Source of the DNA: a virus
Length of the DNA stretch: 64,000 nucleotides
IMG/VR virus record: IMGVR_UViG_3300045988_176431
Location: 64,001 to 128,000 of that record
Strand: one strand, 5' to 3'
The translations under genes and the position numbers were made by a program. Shown here in pieces: positions 1-9,353 of the stretch; the first letter of the stretch is position 1; every line of letters begins with the position of its first letter. The notes beneath the pieces were generated by a model. That model was not told where the DNA came from. It made no database searches and was given only the letters and a program-made list of their open reading frames with translations.

Positions 1-34
1 TTTCTAAGAGAACTGAATTTATTCCATTAGTCAT
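1..34 (-). CDS. hypothetical protein, 5' end only (gene continues leftward out of window)
   Basis: ATG at 34-32 on the minus strand, preceded by AAGAAAGGCGGTG (SD-like). Only about 11 codons are visible. Confidence 0.3.
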   Translation of the reverse strand, partial: MTNGINSVLLE

Positions 35-99
35 TTGATATTCACCGCCTTTCTTAAATAATCATATACTAATAACTTATAAGAATGTTTTTTCTTAGT

Positions 100-483
100 T
101 TATTCATCTTCAGTTTCAGATACTTCTTCCTCTTCTGAATTCGCTTTCCTAAATGATTCTAAAAGCATATAAAGACCAGCATATGATTTGATTGTCTCAT
201 TTTCAATTTCTTGTTCTGAAAGATTTATCATTTTTTGATAAATTGGTAAGTAAGTATTAAGAATTGCAATATTTGAAATAACTTTTTCCACGTTTTTTAC
301 ATCTGCATTAAATTCTTTGGTTAATTCTAAGAAGATATCAATCAAGACTTTCTCAAATGTATGTTGATTAACGTTTTTCAAAATTTCTTCTTGTAATTCT
401 TTGATTCCTTCATCATTAATGATGAATTCTCCATTTTCCTTTAACTCAATATTACTTGGTTTATAAGCAATTTTTTCTTCCAT
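100..483 (-). CDS. hypothetical acidic protein (127 aa)
   Basis: Track ORF with an SD-like AAAGGAACG upstream of the ATG on the minus strand and an acidic C-terminus. No family recognised. Confidence 0.55.
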   Translation of the reverse strand: MEEKIAYKPSNIELKENGEFIINDEGIKELQEEILKNVNQHTFEKVLIDIFLELTKEFNADVKNVEKVISNIAILNTYLPIYQKMINLSEQEIENETIKSYAGLYMLLESFRKANSEEEEVSETEDE

Positions 484-615
484 TTTTCTACGTTCCTTTC
501 TTTATAAGATTATATTTTTTGTTGCACAGACATTAAAATCTCAAAAATATCTTTAACTTATATATCATTATAGTGATATAAGTTTATAATAAACAAGAAA
601 GGTAGGTATAAAGAT

Positions 616-858
616 ATGAAAGTAAGTAAAAAATTACTTAACTTTATTGCAGATTCTTTAGAGAGTTACATTGATGTGAGGGAAGAATTATTAATTTCTG
701 AAATCAGTCCTGAAGAATTGGAAAAGCAATTAAAGAAAGGAAGAAAACTTGTTAAAAAAATAAGGAAAGGAGATATGAGTGTTTTCAACGAAGAAGTTCT
801 GGAAGATGAATTACCTGCTCTAGAAGATCTGATGCGGAGAAATCAAAACTCATTATAA
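616..858 (+). CDS. hypothetical protein (80 aa)
   Basis: ATG preceded by AAGAAAGGTAGGT, an RBS block that recurs before several genes here. Confidence 0.55.
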   Translation: MKVSKKLLNFIADSLESYIDVREELLISEISPEELEKQLKKGRKLVKKIRKGDMSVFNEEVLEDELPALEDLMRRNQNSL

Positions 859-869
859 GAATTATATGT

Positions 870-1340
870 ATGAAAAAGAATAAGAGAAAAGTTTATGCCT
901 ATTATCTAAAAAGTGATTCTTCTTTATATGCATATACAGAATTCAAAGCATTAGCAGATGAATTTGAATTAGAACGTGATATGCGAATATATAAAAAGAA
1001 AATATTTAAAATGAATGAACCAGAATATCAAGTCTTTAATTATAAACATAATTCAGAGATGTTGTTTTCAAATGTTTTAAATGATAGTAAGAAAGATTTC
1101 TCATTTGCAACAACTTATTTTGAAAATGAGAAATTAGATAATCTTTCCTACCAGATGGATAATAAGATAAACGAATTATATGAGAAAGTGAGAAAATTTC
1201 CATTAAAGAAAGAATATGAAGATTTATTTACAGACATTTTTAGTATTTATGGGGATGGTGTAAATACACCAATCTTAAATTTTAATACATTTAAGATTTT
1301 TATGGAACTATTTCGAAATACTATCTTTTCAGAAGATTGA
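870..1340 (+). CDS. hypothetical protein (156 aa)
   Basis: Long ORF 11 nt after the previous stop. RBS is weak, so translational coupling is plausible. Confidence 0.5.
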   Translation: MKKNKRKVYAYYLKSDSSLYAYTEFKALADEFELERDMRIYKKKIFKMNEPEYQVFNYKHNSEMLFSNVLNDSKKDFSFATTYFENEKLDNLSYQMDNKINELYEKVRKFPLKKEYEDLFTDIFSIYGDGVNTPILNFNTFKIFMELFRNTIFSED

Positions 1341-1404
1341 AGATAGATATTTAAAGTCAAGGTAACTATTAACTAATTTATTATGATTAAAGGAGGACTC
1401 AGTA

Positions 1405-2304
1405 ATGGGTAAGAAAAAGAACAAAAAAAAGAATGCATACAAAAGTTTTGTCGAGATGTTAAAAGACAAACAGAAAAAGATTTTTATTATGAAAGATGAG
1501 AAGAAAATCTCACTTTCTGATGTAGTTGATGAAACGATTAGTGAGATTACGTCCGTTCCACAGGATAGTATGATTGCAATTACATCAGAAGATGCTGCGA
1601 AAAAACGTGATGCTGGAAGTGCTGTATTTGAAACAAGATATGCAAAAGCACCATTTAGTATCTATGAATATGCAATGAAGTATCCAAAAAGAACACAGAC
1701 TCTTGTTCTTACATTAACACCTGCTGAGGTAGAAGATATTTTTGAGTACAACTCAAATGAAAATATTTCAGTTTTAATGGAAAGAACAAACATTGGTTTG
1801 ATTCTTAAGAAAATGGATAAAGCAAAGAACCGTTTAAAGAAATGGTTATCTACAGAAGCAACTGAAGAGATGGAAACTTTCGTTCTGAATATTCCGAACA
1901 TTGTGTTGTTTACTGATACACTTAAGAAAGATGAAGTTTCCAAGTCAGTTTTGTTTAATATTACGATTCAGGTAATTAAAACAAAACCAAGTATTAAAAA
2001 GATGAAGAAAAAATCATCTGAAAAATACAATGAAATCATTGGCAAAGTGATTGATACTACATTGAAAACTGCTGTTTCTTTGGGAGATGCAAATATTCAT
2101 ATTCCAGTGGAAGGTTCTTTTATTGATGATTTAAAAGATTATGCTTCCAAATGGACAGATGCTGTATATGATACAGACAATGAGAAGCTTTTGAATAATA
2201 TCGTATTCTCAGCTGATCATAGTTTAAGTTTTACTGAATTAGCAAATTCATTTATAGATTGTGTATTAAGTAAAGCAGAAACTACAAAGAAACGTGCAAA
2301 ATAA
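1405..2304 (+). CDS. hypothetical protein (299 aa)
   Basis: AAAGGAGG 8 nt before the ATG. No motif recognised. Confidence 0.6.
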   Translation: MGKKKNKKKNAYKSFVEMLKDKQKKIFIMKDEKKISLSDVVDETISEITSVPQDSMIAITSEDAAKKRDAGSAVFETRYAKAPFSIYEYAMKYPKRTQTLVLTLTPAEVEDIFEYNSNENISVLMERTNIGLILKKMDKAKNRLKKWLSTEATEEMETFVLNIPNIVLFTDTLKKDEVSKSVLFNITIQVIKTKPSIKKMKKKSSEKYNEIIGKVIDTTLKTAVSLGDANIHIPVEGSFIDDLKDYASKWTDAVYDTDNEKLLNNIVFSADHSLSFTELANSFIDCVLSKAETTKKRAK

Positions 2305-2320
2305 AAAATAACGATTAGAT

Positions 2321-2344
2321 GGGGTTGGACTTTCGTTCAATCCC
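2321..2344 (+). terminator. weak hairpin after CDS 1405-2304
   Basis: GGGGTTGGA-cttcg-TTCAATCCC stem with G-U pairs and a poor T tract. Confidence 0.3.
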
Positions 2345-2375
2345 AATTTCTAATTAAGAGAGGATGGTAATGTGA

Positions 2376-5300
2376 ATGGAAAAAAAGAGTAAAGAGTTTA
2401 ATATACTCATCTCAGTTCCAGAGATTACTAATAAAAAAGATATGAAGAAGTTTTTAAAACCGATTTATATCATAGAAGATTATCTGTTAGATGAATCTCG
2501 TTATGGAGATTTAGAACAGACTATCAGAAATCTTCTTCGTGGATGTTTTCATATTAAAGAATGTAGAGAATATCCAATTGAGTTTAAGTTTTATCGAAAA
2601 GATAAAGAAACACATAAGTTGCAGATTCGAAGATTTTTATATAATCTTTATATTTGGAAACCATTTTGCATGTTAAATGAATTTCATATTCTGGATGAAA
2701 ATTATATTCTTTCAGAAGAAGAAATTCCAAATGTAACAGAGTTTTTGAACGAAAAAATACTTACCACTCTTCAGGATTATAACATTGAACAGATTTTGAT
2801 TAACGAATCAATCTCTAATGTATTATATAGTCTCCGTTCAATTTCATTAGATTTTAGTGATATTATGAATCTTACTTTTAGTGATCATGATTTCATTGAG
2901 ATGTTAAATGATCCAGAATATCGAGAGATTATGGAATTAAAGATTCCTGAAGATATGCAACCAATTGAAGTAGAAAAACTACTTTCTCAGTATCAACAAA
3001 GGTTGGTGAGAAAGTTAAAACAAGATAAAAATAATCCAGTAGGAATCATGCTTAGGGCTGGAACTGGTGTAAAAGAAAAACAGTTAGCAGAGTATATGAT
3101 TGCTATGGGATTGAAGCCAACATTAACTGGTGAAGTTATGCCTATACCAATTGAAACATCATCTCTATTAGGAGGTTTAAATAGACCATCGTATCAGTAC
3201 ATTGATGCGATAGCAGCCCGTAAACCGTAAACATAATCTGCGGTTTTAAAACCTATCTAATTGCGGGGAACTGTCTATAATGATTATTTACTAACTTATG
3301 ATGGTGACATACATAAGGGCAAGGGGTAACTCCTAAGGTATAGTAAAAAGAATAATCATTGACACAATCGACGCAGCGAAGTATCTTATTTATTTCATAA
3401 TAAATCATTATAAAGGAGATGATTTAATATGAAAGAAACATGGAAAAAATTTATTTATAATGATATCGAAACAAAATATAGCGTTTCTAATTTAGGAAGA
3501 GTTAGAAATGATAATACTAATTATATATTAAAACCACATGTTCATAAAAAGACAAAATATCACATGATCCCACTTACAATAAATGGAAAAACTAAATTGT
3601 TTAGCTTATCTAGAATGGTGGCAACATTATTTATACCAAATCCAAATAATTATGAAGAAGTAGATCATGTTACTTGTGATAGATATAGAAATGAAGCTCA
3701 TAATCTTGAATGGGTTACTCATGAAGAAAACATGAGAAGAGCGTTAGTAAACGGACTCGTTTACAAAAACGATGGAAGTATGAGATATGTATTTCATAAT
3801 GAAAATGATATTAGAAAATTATGTGAATTATTATCAAATACATGTATCCCTGTTGATGAGTTGTCTAAAATAACGAACATTAGTCAAAATACTATAAATA
3901 AAATACGACTAGGTAAAAGATGGAGAAATATATCAAAGGATTATGATTTTTCTGAATATAATAAATTTATACAAAAAAATTATATTATATCTCATTCTGG
4001 AGAAAATAATTCACAATCAAAGTATCCAGATACATTGGTACATTCTATATGTCATGAACTAGAATTAAACAGAAAAACAATAAGTGAAATTGCAAAAATG
4101 TTTAATGTTCAGAAGAATTACGTATATGAATTAAGAATAGGAAAAGTTAGAACCTTGATTAGTTCTCAATATGATGTAAGCAATCATGATTTAACCGAGT
4201 TTGGATATCATCAAAAAGATTTAAACAAAATAAATGTTTTATTGAAAAAGGGCTATACTGTCCGTGAAATTATAAATAAATTAAATCTTCCAGATAACAA
4301 GAAAACTATAGCAATGATATATGGAAGAAAAAGAAATATGAAATAAATAAGATATGAGTTCAACGACTATCGAAAGTATAGTTATAAGAGAAATCTTATA
4401 ATGAATAAACGAGTAGAGTAGACCAGAATATCTGGGTGCACGAAATTGGTGCTTTGCGAAACGGTAGGTATTATAAATATGGTAATAGTATTTATAATAA
4501 AGATATAGTCTATACATTATGGTGACATAATGAATTATTAGTGATTATGAATAAGAAATCAATGGGAAATGCAGGCTACTTCGGGAAGAAAGTATCTGAA
4601 TTATGTAGGACTGTATCTCTTTCTAATAAGGTTTTAAATTGTAAAACAAAGCATTTGATTAAATATGAGATTAAAAATAAGAAATATCTTATGAAATTAA
4701 ATGGTAAGTTTTATAAGATGAATCCTGATGATGAAGATTATAAGGTACTACATTATAAAGATTACGATTTGGTTGGTAAAACTATTTATGCAAGAGGGGC
4801 ACAAACATGTGCTTGTGGACAGAATCTTATTTGTCCGACATGTCTTGGAAAAATTGCGGATTTGAACTGGGATTTGAAAGATGGTATTGGTGTATTTGAG
4901 TCTCAGGAATTATCAAAAGATATTGAACAGAAGATTCTTTCTGGTAAACATCTGTTAACAACAAAGTCAGAGAAGATTGAATTTAGCGATGAATTCTATC
5001 AGTATTTTTCAATTGCTGTTGGAGAGATTTCTCCTATCTTTGATAATATTGATAATATCAATGATTTGGCAATTTACGTTGTACCAGAAGAGATTGAGAA
5101 AGTAGAAGAATATGATGCAGATTCTACTTATAATACTTATATTTCATCTGGAAGATTCTTTGTAAGAAATCTTAAAACAAAGAAAGATATTGAAGTTAAG
5201 ATTTTGAAAAAGAAAGAATTGTATATTACAAGCAATGTCATTAAATCAATTCGTAATAATAATGGTGTAATTAAGTTTAAGGATTTGGAAGAAGATGCTC

Positions 5301-5791
5301 CAATCTTTGAAGTTATCATCTTGAATAATGAGTTAACAAAGCCACTATACGAGTTAATCTCTTTATTGGATTCTGAGAAAAAAGAAACAATTGAAGACAG
5401 TACAATTGATACGTTCTCACAAAGATTTTTGGATATTATCATTGAATCTGGAATTGGAGCGTCAATGGTTGCTGCTGAAATTGTAATGAATCGTCTAATA
5501 CGAGAAAGTGATAATGTGATGGATCGTCCAGATTTCTCACAAGAGAAAATGCCAGATTATAATATTTATACGATTCGAAAGATACTTAGAAACAATGAGA
5601 GTATTACAATTGGTTTGGGATTTGAAAACTTAAAAGCTCAGTTATTAAATCCAAATGTTTCTCAGAGAACAGCACCATCTTATATGGATGCTTATTTCAA
5701 AGAAGAACTTCCTACAGAAATTTTAAAGAAGTTTGAACAAGAGGAACCAAAGAAAAAGCAGATGGATTATTATCTAAATGCTTCACACTAG
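2376..5791 (+). CDS. multisubunit RNA polymerase beta'-like subunit, C-terminal half (exons 2376-3228 and 4542-5791)
   Basis: Exon 1 ends ...LRAGTGVKEKQLAEYMIAMGLKPTLTGEVMPIPIETSSLLGGLNRPSYQYIDAIAARKP. Exon 2 continues (L)IMNKKSMGNAGYFGKKV. The join is colinear with bacterial beta' SGARG..Q..QL.GMRGLMA.P.G.II..PI...F.EGL...EY.IS.[24 protein letters not shown]. Interrupted by intron 1. Confidence 0.8.
3229..4541 (+). mobile_element. group I intron 1 (1313 nt, carries an HNH endonuclease ORF)
   Basis: P1 is exon AAACCGT paired with IGS GCGGTTT, with a terminal U-G. Core elements AATTGCGGGG (P), CGACGCAGCG (Q), GAGTTCAACGACTATCG (R) and AAGATATAGTCTA (S) are present. The 3' splice site after G4541 is the only in-frame, stop-free solution for a phase-1 exon. 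Confidence 0.85.
3429..4346 (+). CDS. intron-encoded HNH homing endonuclease, I-HmuI-like (NUMOD4 + HNH + HTH repeats)
   Basis: YSVSNLGRVRN (NUMOD4-like), EVDHVTCDRYRNEAHNLEWVTHEENMRRA (HNH_3-like) and C-terminal repeats ..ISQNTINKIRLGKRW... AAAGGAG RBS. The ORF sits in the P6 loop of intron 1. Confidence 0.8.
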   Translation: MKETWKKFIYNDIETKYSVSNLGRVRNDNTNYILKPHVHKKTKYHMIPLTINGKTKLFSLSRMVATLFIPNPNNYEEVDHVTCDRYRNEAHNLEWVTHEENMRRALVNGLVYKNDGSMRYVFHNENDIRKLCELLSNTCIPVDELSKITNISQNTINKIRLGKRWRNISKDYDFSEYNKFIQKNYIISHSGENNSQSKYPDTLVHSICHELELNRKTISEIAKMFNVQKNYVYELRIGKVRTLISSQYDVSNHDLTEFGYHQKDLNKINVLLKKGYTVREIINKLNLPDNKKTIAMIYGRKRNMK

Positions 5792-5798
5792 AAAAGTT

Positions 5799-5838
5799 AA
5801 GATGAGATTATCATAATCGATAATCTCATCTTATTTTT
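5799..5838 (+). terminator. rho-independent terminator
   Basis: AAGATGAGATTATC / GATAATCTCATCTT stem followed by ATTTTT. Confidence 0.65.
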
Positions 5839-5875
5839 AATATTTTAAAAAAACAAAGAAAGGTAGGTAATAATT

Positions 5876-6424
5876 ATGATGAAAATGAATGAATTACCAC
5901 AAAATGTAACAAAAGAAACAAAGATTAAGCTAGTAACAAATCCAGAGAAAATTAATTCTGGTGATCCTGAAGAATTAGAAACTTTGGATGTTAAAGTACA
6001 TTATTCTGATTTAAATGATACTCTTTATATTATACCAGATAAAACAGAAAGTACAACATATGACAGTTTAGTAGCAGCGATGTACATGATCTGTTCTATG
6101 GTAGAAGACGAGTATCAAACATTAACAGAAACTGATAAAGAAGAAATACGTGAAGAGGAAGAGAAACATCAAAAAGAACAGGAGGAAAAACGACAAAAAG
6201 AGTTAAATGAAACTATTGAGAAATATTGTGAGGAAAGTCAAATTGAAATGATTGAAAAGATTCGATTCGTTAAAGTAAAAGATGGTGTGAATATAAAATT
6301 GAATCTTCTGAATATTATTACTGAAATCTCTGAATTGGAGAAAGATGATGATGGAAAATACATCGTTCCTGATAACTGTATTTATATTGAGCAGAGGGGA
6401 ACCAGAAACAGCTGGTACTTATAA
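5876..6424 (+). CDS. hypothetical acidic protein (182 aa)
   Basis: AAGAAAGGTAGGT RBS block, and a glutamate-rich central region. Confidence 0.55.
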   Translation: MMKMNELPQNVTKETKIKLVTNPEKINSGDPEELETLDVKVHYSDLNDTLYIIPDKTESTTYDSLVAAMYMICSMVEDEYQTLTETDKEEIREEEEKHQKEQEEKRQKELNETIEKYCEESQIEMIEKIRFVKVKDGVNIKLNLLNIITEISELEKDDDGKYIVPDNCIYIEQRGTRNSWYL

Positions 6425-6905
6425 TTATATCGTAGTCGATTCAGAACAGGTTCTTTGTAATAGTGAATATGATCTTGAATCTGCTAAAAGAATGGCTGAT
6501 AAGATTGGTGGTGCTGTTGTTCATACTGGAAAATATGCATACAATTCAGAAGATAATAATGTGACAACAGCTGAAAAAAAAACGACTTTCATTATGGATA
6601 AATTTGAAGATTATTTGGAATCAGAGGATATTACAATTCCTTGTAATTTTAAAGATGAAGAGGAAGAAAGAAGTAATTATGCAAATTCAGCTAGACTTTT
6701 TGGTACTTGCTATCTCCATCTAGAGGATAGAGTCAAAATTGTTGTTATGACAACGGGCAGAGATAATTTTGGATCTCGTGAGATTGCTGCAGATCGAATT
6801 GTTAAAGTATTTGCACATTTCATGGATGAAAAAAATATTATAATTCCAGATGAAGATATGTTTAAACGGTTAAAAAATGAAATTAGAGATGTATTCATTA
6901 AATAA
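6345..6905 (+). CDS. hypothetical protein (start uncertain; overlaps the previous CDS by 80 nt)
   Basis: Triple ATG at 6345-6353 preceded by TGGAGAAAG. The next in-frame ATG (6492) has no RBS. Confidence 0.45.
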   Translation: MMMENTSFLITVFILSRGEPETAGTYNYIVVDSEQVLCNSEYDLESAKRMADKIGGAVVHTGKYAYNSEDNNVTTAEKKTTFIMDKFEDYLESEDITIPCNFKDEEEERSNYANSARLFGTCYLHLEDRVKIVVMTTGRDNFGSREIAADRIVKVFAHFMDEKNIIIPDEDMFKRLKNEIRDVFIK

Positions 6906-6921
6906 AAGAAAGGATGATAAC

Positions 6922-7626
6922 ATGAAATATTTTATTGGCTTATTATCAACAAAAAATAGTAAGAAACGCATGGAAAGTAAATCAGAGTTTTTAGCACTCT
7001 TTAAATTGGATTATGAGGATGAAGGAAGAATTGCTTTAGAACATGTAAGAAAGAAACTTCCTGTAATTTCTCCAGAAAATTACAGTATTGAGAAAATGTT
7101 TGATTTATCAGATTCAGAAGATTTCCTGAACTGTATTAATCAATACATCAATCATACAATCAATGTAAAAATCAAGAAAACAAAATTAAATACTTATTAC
7201 ATTGATACTTCGGTCAAGATTAATGTGTTTGATTTACGTTTTCATGATTTACCAGTTTCATTTGTTCATGTCATTTCTAGACCAAAAATTATTGGAGATC
7301 CGGATATAAAGAAATGGCTTTCAGATGTAAATGAAGAAATCGATGACATCGTCTGTATTAATGAAAGTAATTATGCTACTCTTGAGACAAGTATGATTCA
7401 ACGTTCTGGTGAGATTCATGAGCAGTATTGGAGATGCTTGTTGATGAAAACAGATGTAGGTGTCATCTTCCATGATGTGCATTTAAATATGATTATGGAA
7501 ATTGCATCTGATTTGTATCAGTTAGCAGAACAGTATCAGAGATGGTTATACTTCTTCTTTGTTGATAATAACCATCAACTGTATAAAGTTACCGTTGATG
7601 ATAAGTTAACAGTAGAACGTTGCTAA
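6922..7626 (+). CDS. hypothetical protein (234 aa)
   Basis: ATG 6922 follows AAAGAAAGGATG. The track start 6877 overlaps the previous gene and has no RBS. Confidence 0.55.
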   Translation: MKYFIGLLSTKNSKKRMESKSEFLALFKLDYEDEGRIALEHVRKKLPVISPENYSIEKMFDLSDSEDFLNCINQYINHTINVKIKKTKLNTYYIDTSVKINVFDLRFHDLPVSFVHVISRPKIIGDPDIKKWLSDVNEEIDDIVCINESNYATLETSMIQRSGEIHEQYWRCLLMKTDVGVIFHDVHLNMIMEIASDLYQLAEQYQRWLYFFFVDNNHQLYKVTVDDKLTVERC

Positions 7627-7650
7627 AGTTTTATAATGTATATAAATAAT

Positions 7651-7660
7651 TATATATTAT
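7651..7660 (+). promoter_or_regulatory. TATATATTAT motif (candidate phage promoter), copy a
   Basis: Exact 10-mer, intergenic, followed by a T run. One of nine exact copies. Confidence 0.35.
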
Positions 7661-7939
7661 TTTCATGTAAATACTAATTAGTGTTACAGAAACCCAAAGA
7701 GATTGATACCTGTCTGTCGGGATAGATCATCAGGAAGTTTAAATACACCGAGTGTCAAAAGGGGTTTCCATTTATATCTTATTCGGCATTTCCGGTAAGA
7801 TGTTAAATGTTATTGATGGCAGAGGAGGGTAATATATGGCAGAACTTAAAGATCAATAAATATCTTTAAGGATTAGGTACCCTTCTCAATATAAGCAAAA
7901 AGAAGTCTGATAAATAAAATTATCAGACTTCTTTTTTTA
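7661..7939 (+). ncRNA. candidate structured leader or small RNA between a promoter motif and a terminator
   Basis: A 380-nt gap with no long ORF and locally higher GC. Helices: GAAACCC/GGGTTTC, ATCTTAT/GTAAGAT, GAGGGTA/TACCCTT and CTTAAAGAT/ATCTTTAAG. Contains a 7-codon mini-ORF (ATG 7836, MAELKDQ) behind GGAGG. Ends in a strong terminator. Confidence 0.3.
7897..7939 (+). terminator. rho-independent terminator
   Basis: AAAAAGAAGTCTGATA / TATCAGACTTCTTTTT stem followed by a T7 tract. Confidence 0.7.
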
Positions 7940-8022
7940 TTGATTATAGATAAAATCAATATCTTATATTCTATTTTTTTTATTACTTTTTTTTAATATT
8001 TTAAGAAATGAGGTATTTTTAT

Positions 8023-9261
8023 ATGTCATACAAAAACTTATTAATTGAAGAATTAAGAAATGACGAAGACAAAAAAGAAGATTTATTTAGTATCAATGCA
8101 GAGACAGATACTTATAAAACTGGTATTGCACCACTTGATTATGCTCTTGGTTATGTGGTACGTGTATATAATGATGATAATACCGTTAATGAAGAATATA
8201 AAGCACTCGGTATTAGTGGTGGTTGTAATGTAATGACGATTGGAAAATCATCAACAGCAAAGACATCCACTATGCTTTATATTGCCGCTAATATTGTAAG
8301 AAAATATGAAAGCGGATCAGTAATTCATTTTGACCTTGAACAGGCTATGAACTTATCAAGAGCAAGAACTATGACGAAATTTTCAATTGATGAAATTAAA
8401 GGTGGTAAATATATTTTAAGACAGTCTGATACATCCGTTGAAAAGATTAAACGTAGTATTATTAAATTATACAAAAAGAAAAAAGATAATCCAGAAACGT
8501 TTAAATATAACGCTGGAAAGAAAAATGAATTAGGGGAAGATATTGTTGTATATGAACCAACAGTAGTTCTTATTGATTCAATCCCTTCTATGACAGTAGA
8601 GATGAATGAAAATGATAAAAAAGATTTGAAGAAAATTGAAGAGATCTCATCTCAGACAGATCGAATGAGATTAACTGGTGAGATTGGAAGATTTTATACA
8701 GATCTTTTGCAATATATTAAATCAGTAAATATCATGACTATGTCAATCAACCATATTAAAGTGAATCCAAATATGGGAATTGTTAAGAGCCCTGCTGAAT
8801 TGTTATACTTGAAGCAAGATGAGGCACTTCCAGGCGGTAAAGCTCCAGTATATTTAGCACATATTCTTTTAAAATCCGTTGCGATTGGTAGTGCTAAATT
8901 TAATTTGGAAGATGATGGATTTGATGGTTTCGGCATTGCCTTACAGATTATTAAATCCAGATCAAATCAAGCAGGTCAAACAGTAAATCTTATTTATGAT
9001 AAGGTACGTGGTATTGATCCACTTAGAACATGTCTTTTGTATGCAAAAGAACAGGGATTATTAAGTGGTAATAAGAATGCTACATATTTTACAGATGATA
9101 AAGAGCATAAATTCCCTATGAGAACCGTAAATGAATATTTTAGGGAACACAGAGAAATGTACAAGATTATGTATGACCACATTATTCCGTTACTTGATAA
9201 AAGACTTTCTTCTGTAGCAGAAGAGGAATTAGAAGTTGTTGATGAGTTAATGGATTACTAA
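8023..9261 (+). CDS. RecA/UvsX-like recombinase
   Basis: Walker A-like TIGKSSTAKTST and Walker B-like TVVLIDSIPSM. The size and layout are RecA-like. ATG 8023 lies 8 nt after GAGGT; track start 8008 overlaps the RBS. Confidence 0.65.
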   Translation: MSYKNLLIEELRNDEDKKEDLFSINAETDTYKTGIAPLDYALGYVVRVYNDDNTVNEEYKALGISGGCNVMTIGKSSTAKTSTMLYIAANIVRKYESGSVIHFDLEQAMNLSRARTMTKFSIDEIKGGKYILRQSDTSVEKIKRSIIKLYKKKKDNPETFKYNAGKKNELGEDIVVYEPTVVLIDSIPSMTVEMNENDKKDLKKIEEISSQTDRMRLTGEIGRFYTDLLQYIKSVNIMTMSINHIKVNPNMGIVKSPAELLYLKQDEALPGGKAPVYLAHILLKSVAIGSAKFNLEDDGFDGFGIALQIIKSRSNQAGQTVNLIYDKVRGIDPLRTCLLYAKEQGLLSGNKNATYFTDDKEHKFPMRTVNEYFREHREMYKIMYDHIIPLLDKRLSSVAEEELEVVDELMDY

Positions 9262-9264
9262 ATT

Positions 9265-9274
9265 TATATATTAT
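9265..9274 (+). promoter_or_regulatory. TATATATTAT motif, copy b
   Basis: Exact 10-mer 4 nt after the stop at 9261, followed by a T run and the hairpin 9287-9325. Confidence 0.3.
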
Positions 9275-9353
9275 TTTTTTGGTAAAGAAGATGAGTAAAG
9301 TTTAAATAAAAACTTTACTCATCTTTAAAAAATATAAGGAAAGGTAGGTGATA

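Noticed and set aside
1662-1943. Numerous antisense or embedded track ORFs. Examples: 1662-1943, 5137-5442, 6710-6898, 8694-8936, 8994-9182, 9803-9985, 10051-10242, 12014-12229, 16574-16813, 19902-20162, 22073-22291, 25934-26305, 27023-27244, 27636-27872, 30176-30358, 32863-33189, 34030-34263, 41043-41354, 43371-43700, 48546-48878, 53109-53507, 59370-59708, 60294-60569, 61917-62174 and 63210-63428
   Set aside because: Each lies wholly inside or opposite a longer ORF with recognisable homology or a good RBS. They lack SD sequences and have Ile/Phe/Leu/Ser-rich composition, as expected from the reverse frame of AT-rich genes.
4281-4517. Minus-strand ORFs inside introns (4281-4517, 56275-56493, 56486-56701)
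   Set aside because: They overlap conserved ribozyme sequence or the beta' exon, have no RBS, and have low-complexity composition typical of antisense frames in AT-rich DNA.
7661-7896. Assigning the 7661-7896 element to a known riboswitch class (TPP, c-di-GMP, preQ1, purine, ZTP)
   Set aside because: I could not find the remembered consensus cores of these classes in the sequence. It is kept as an unclassified candidate.
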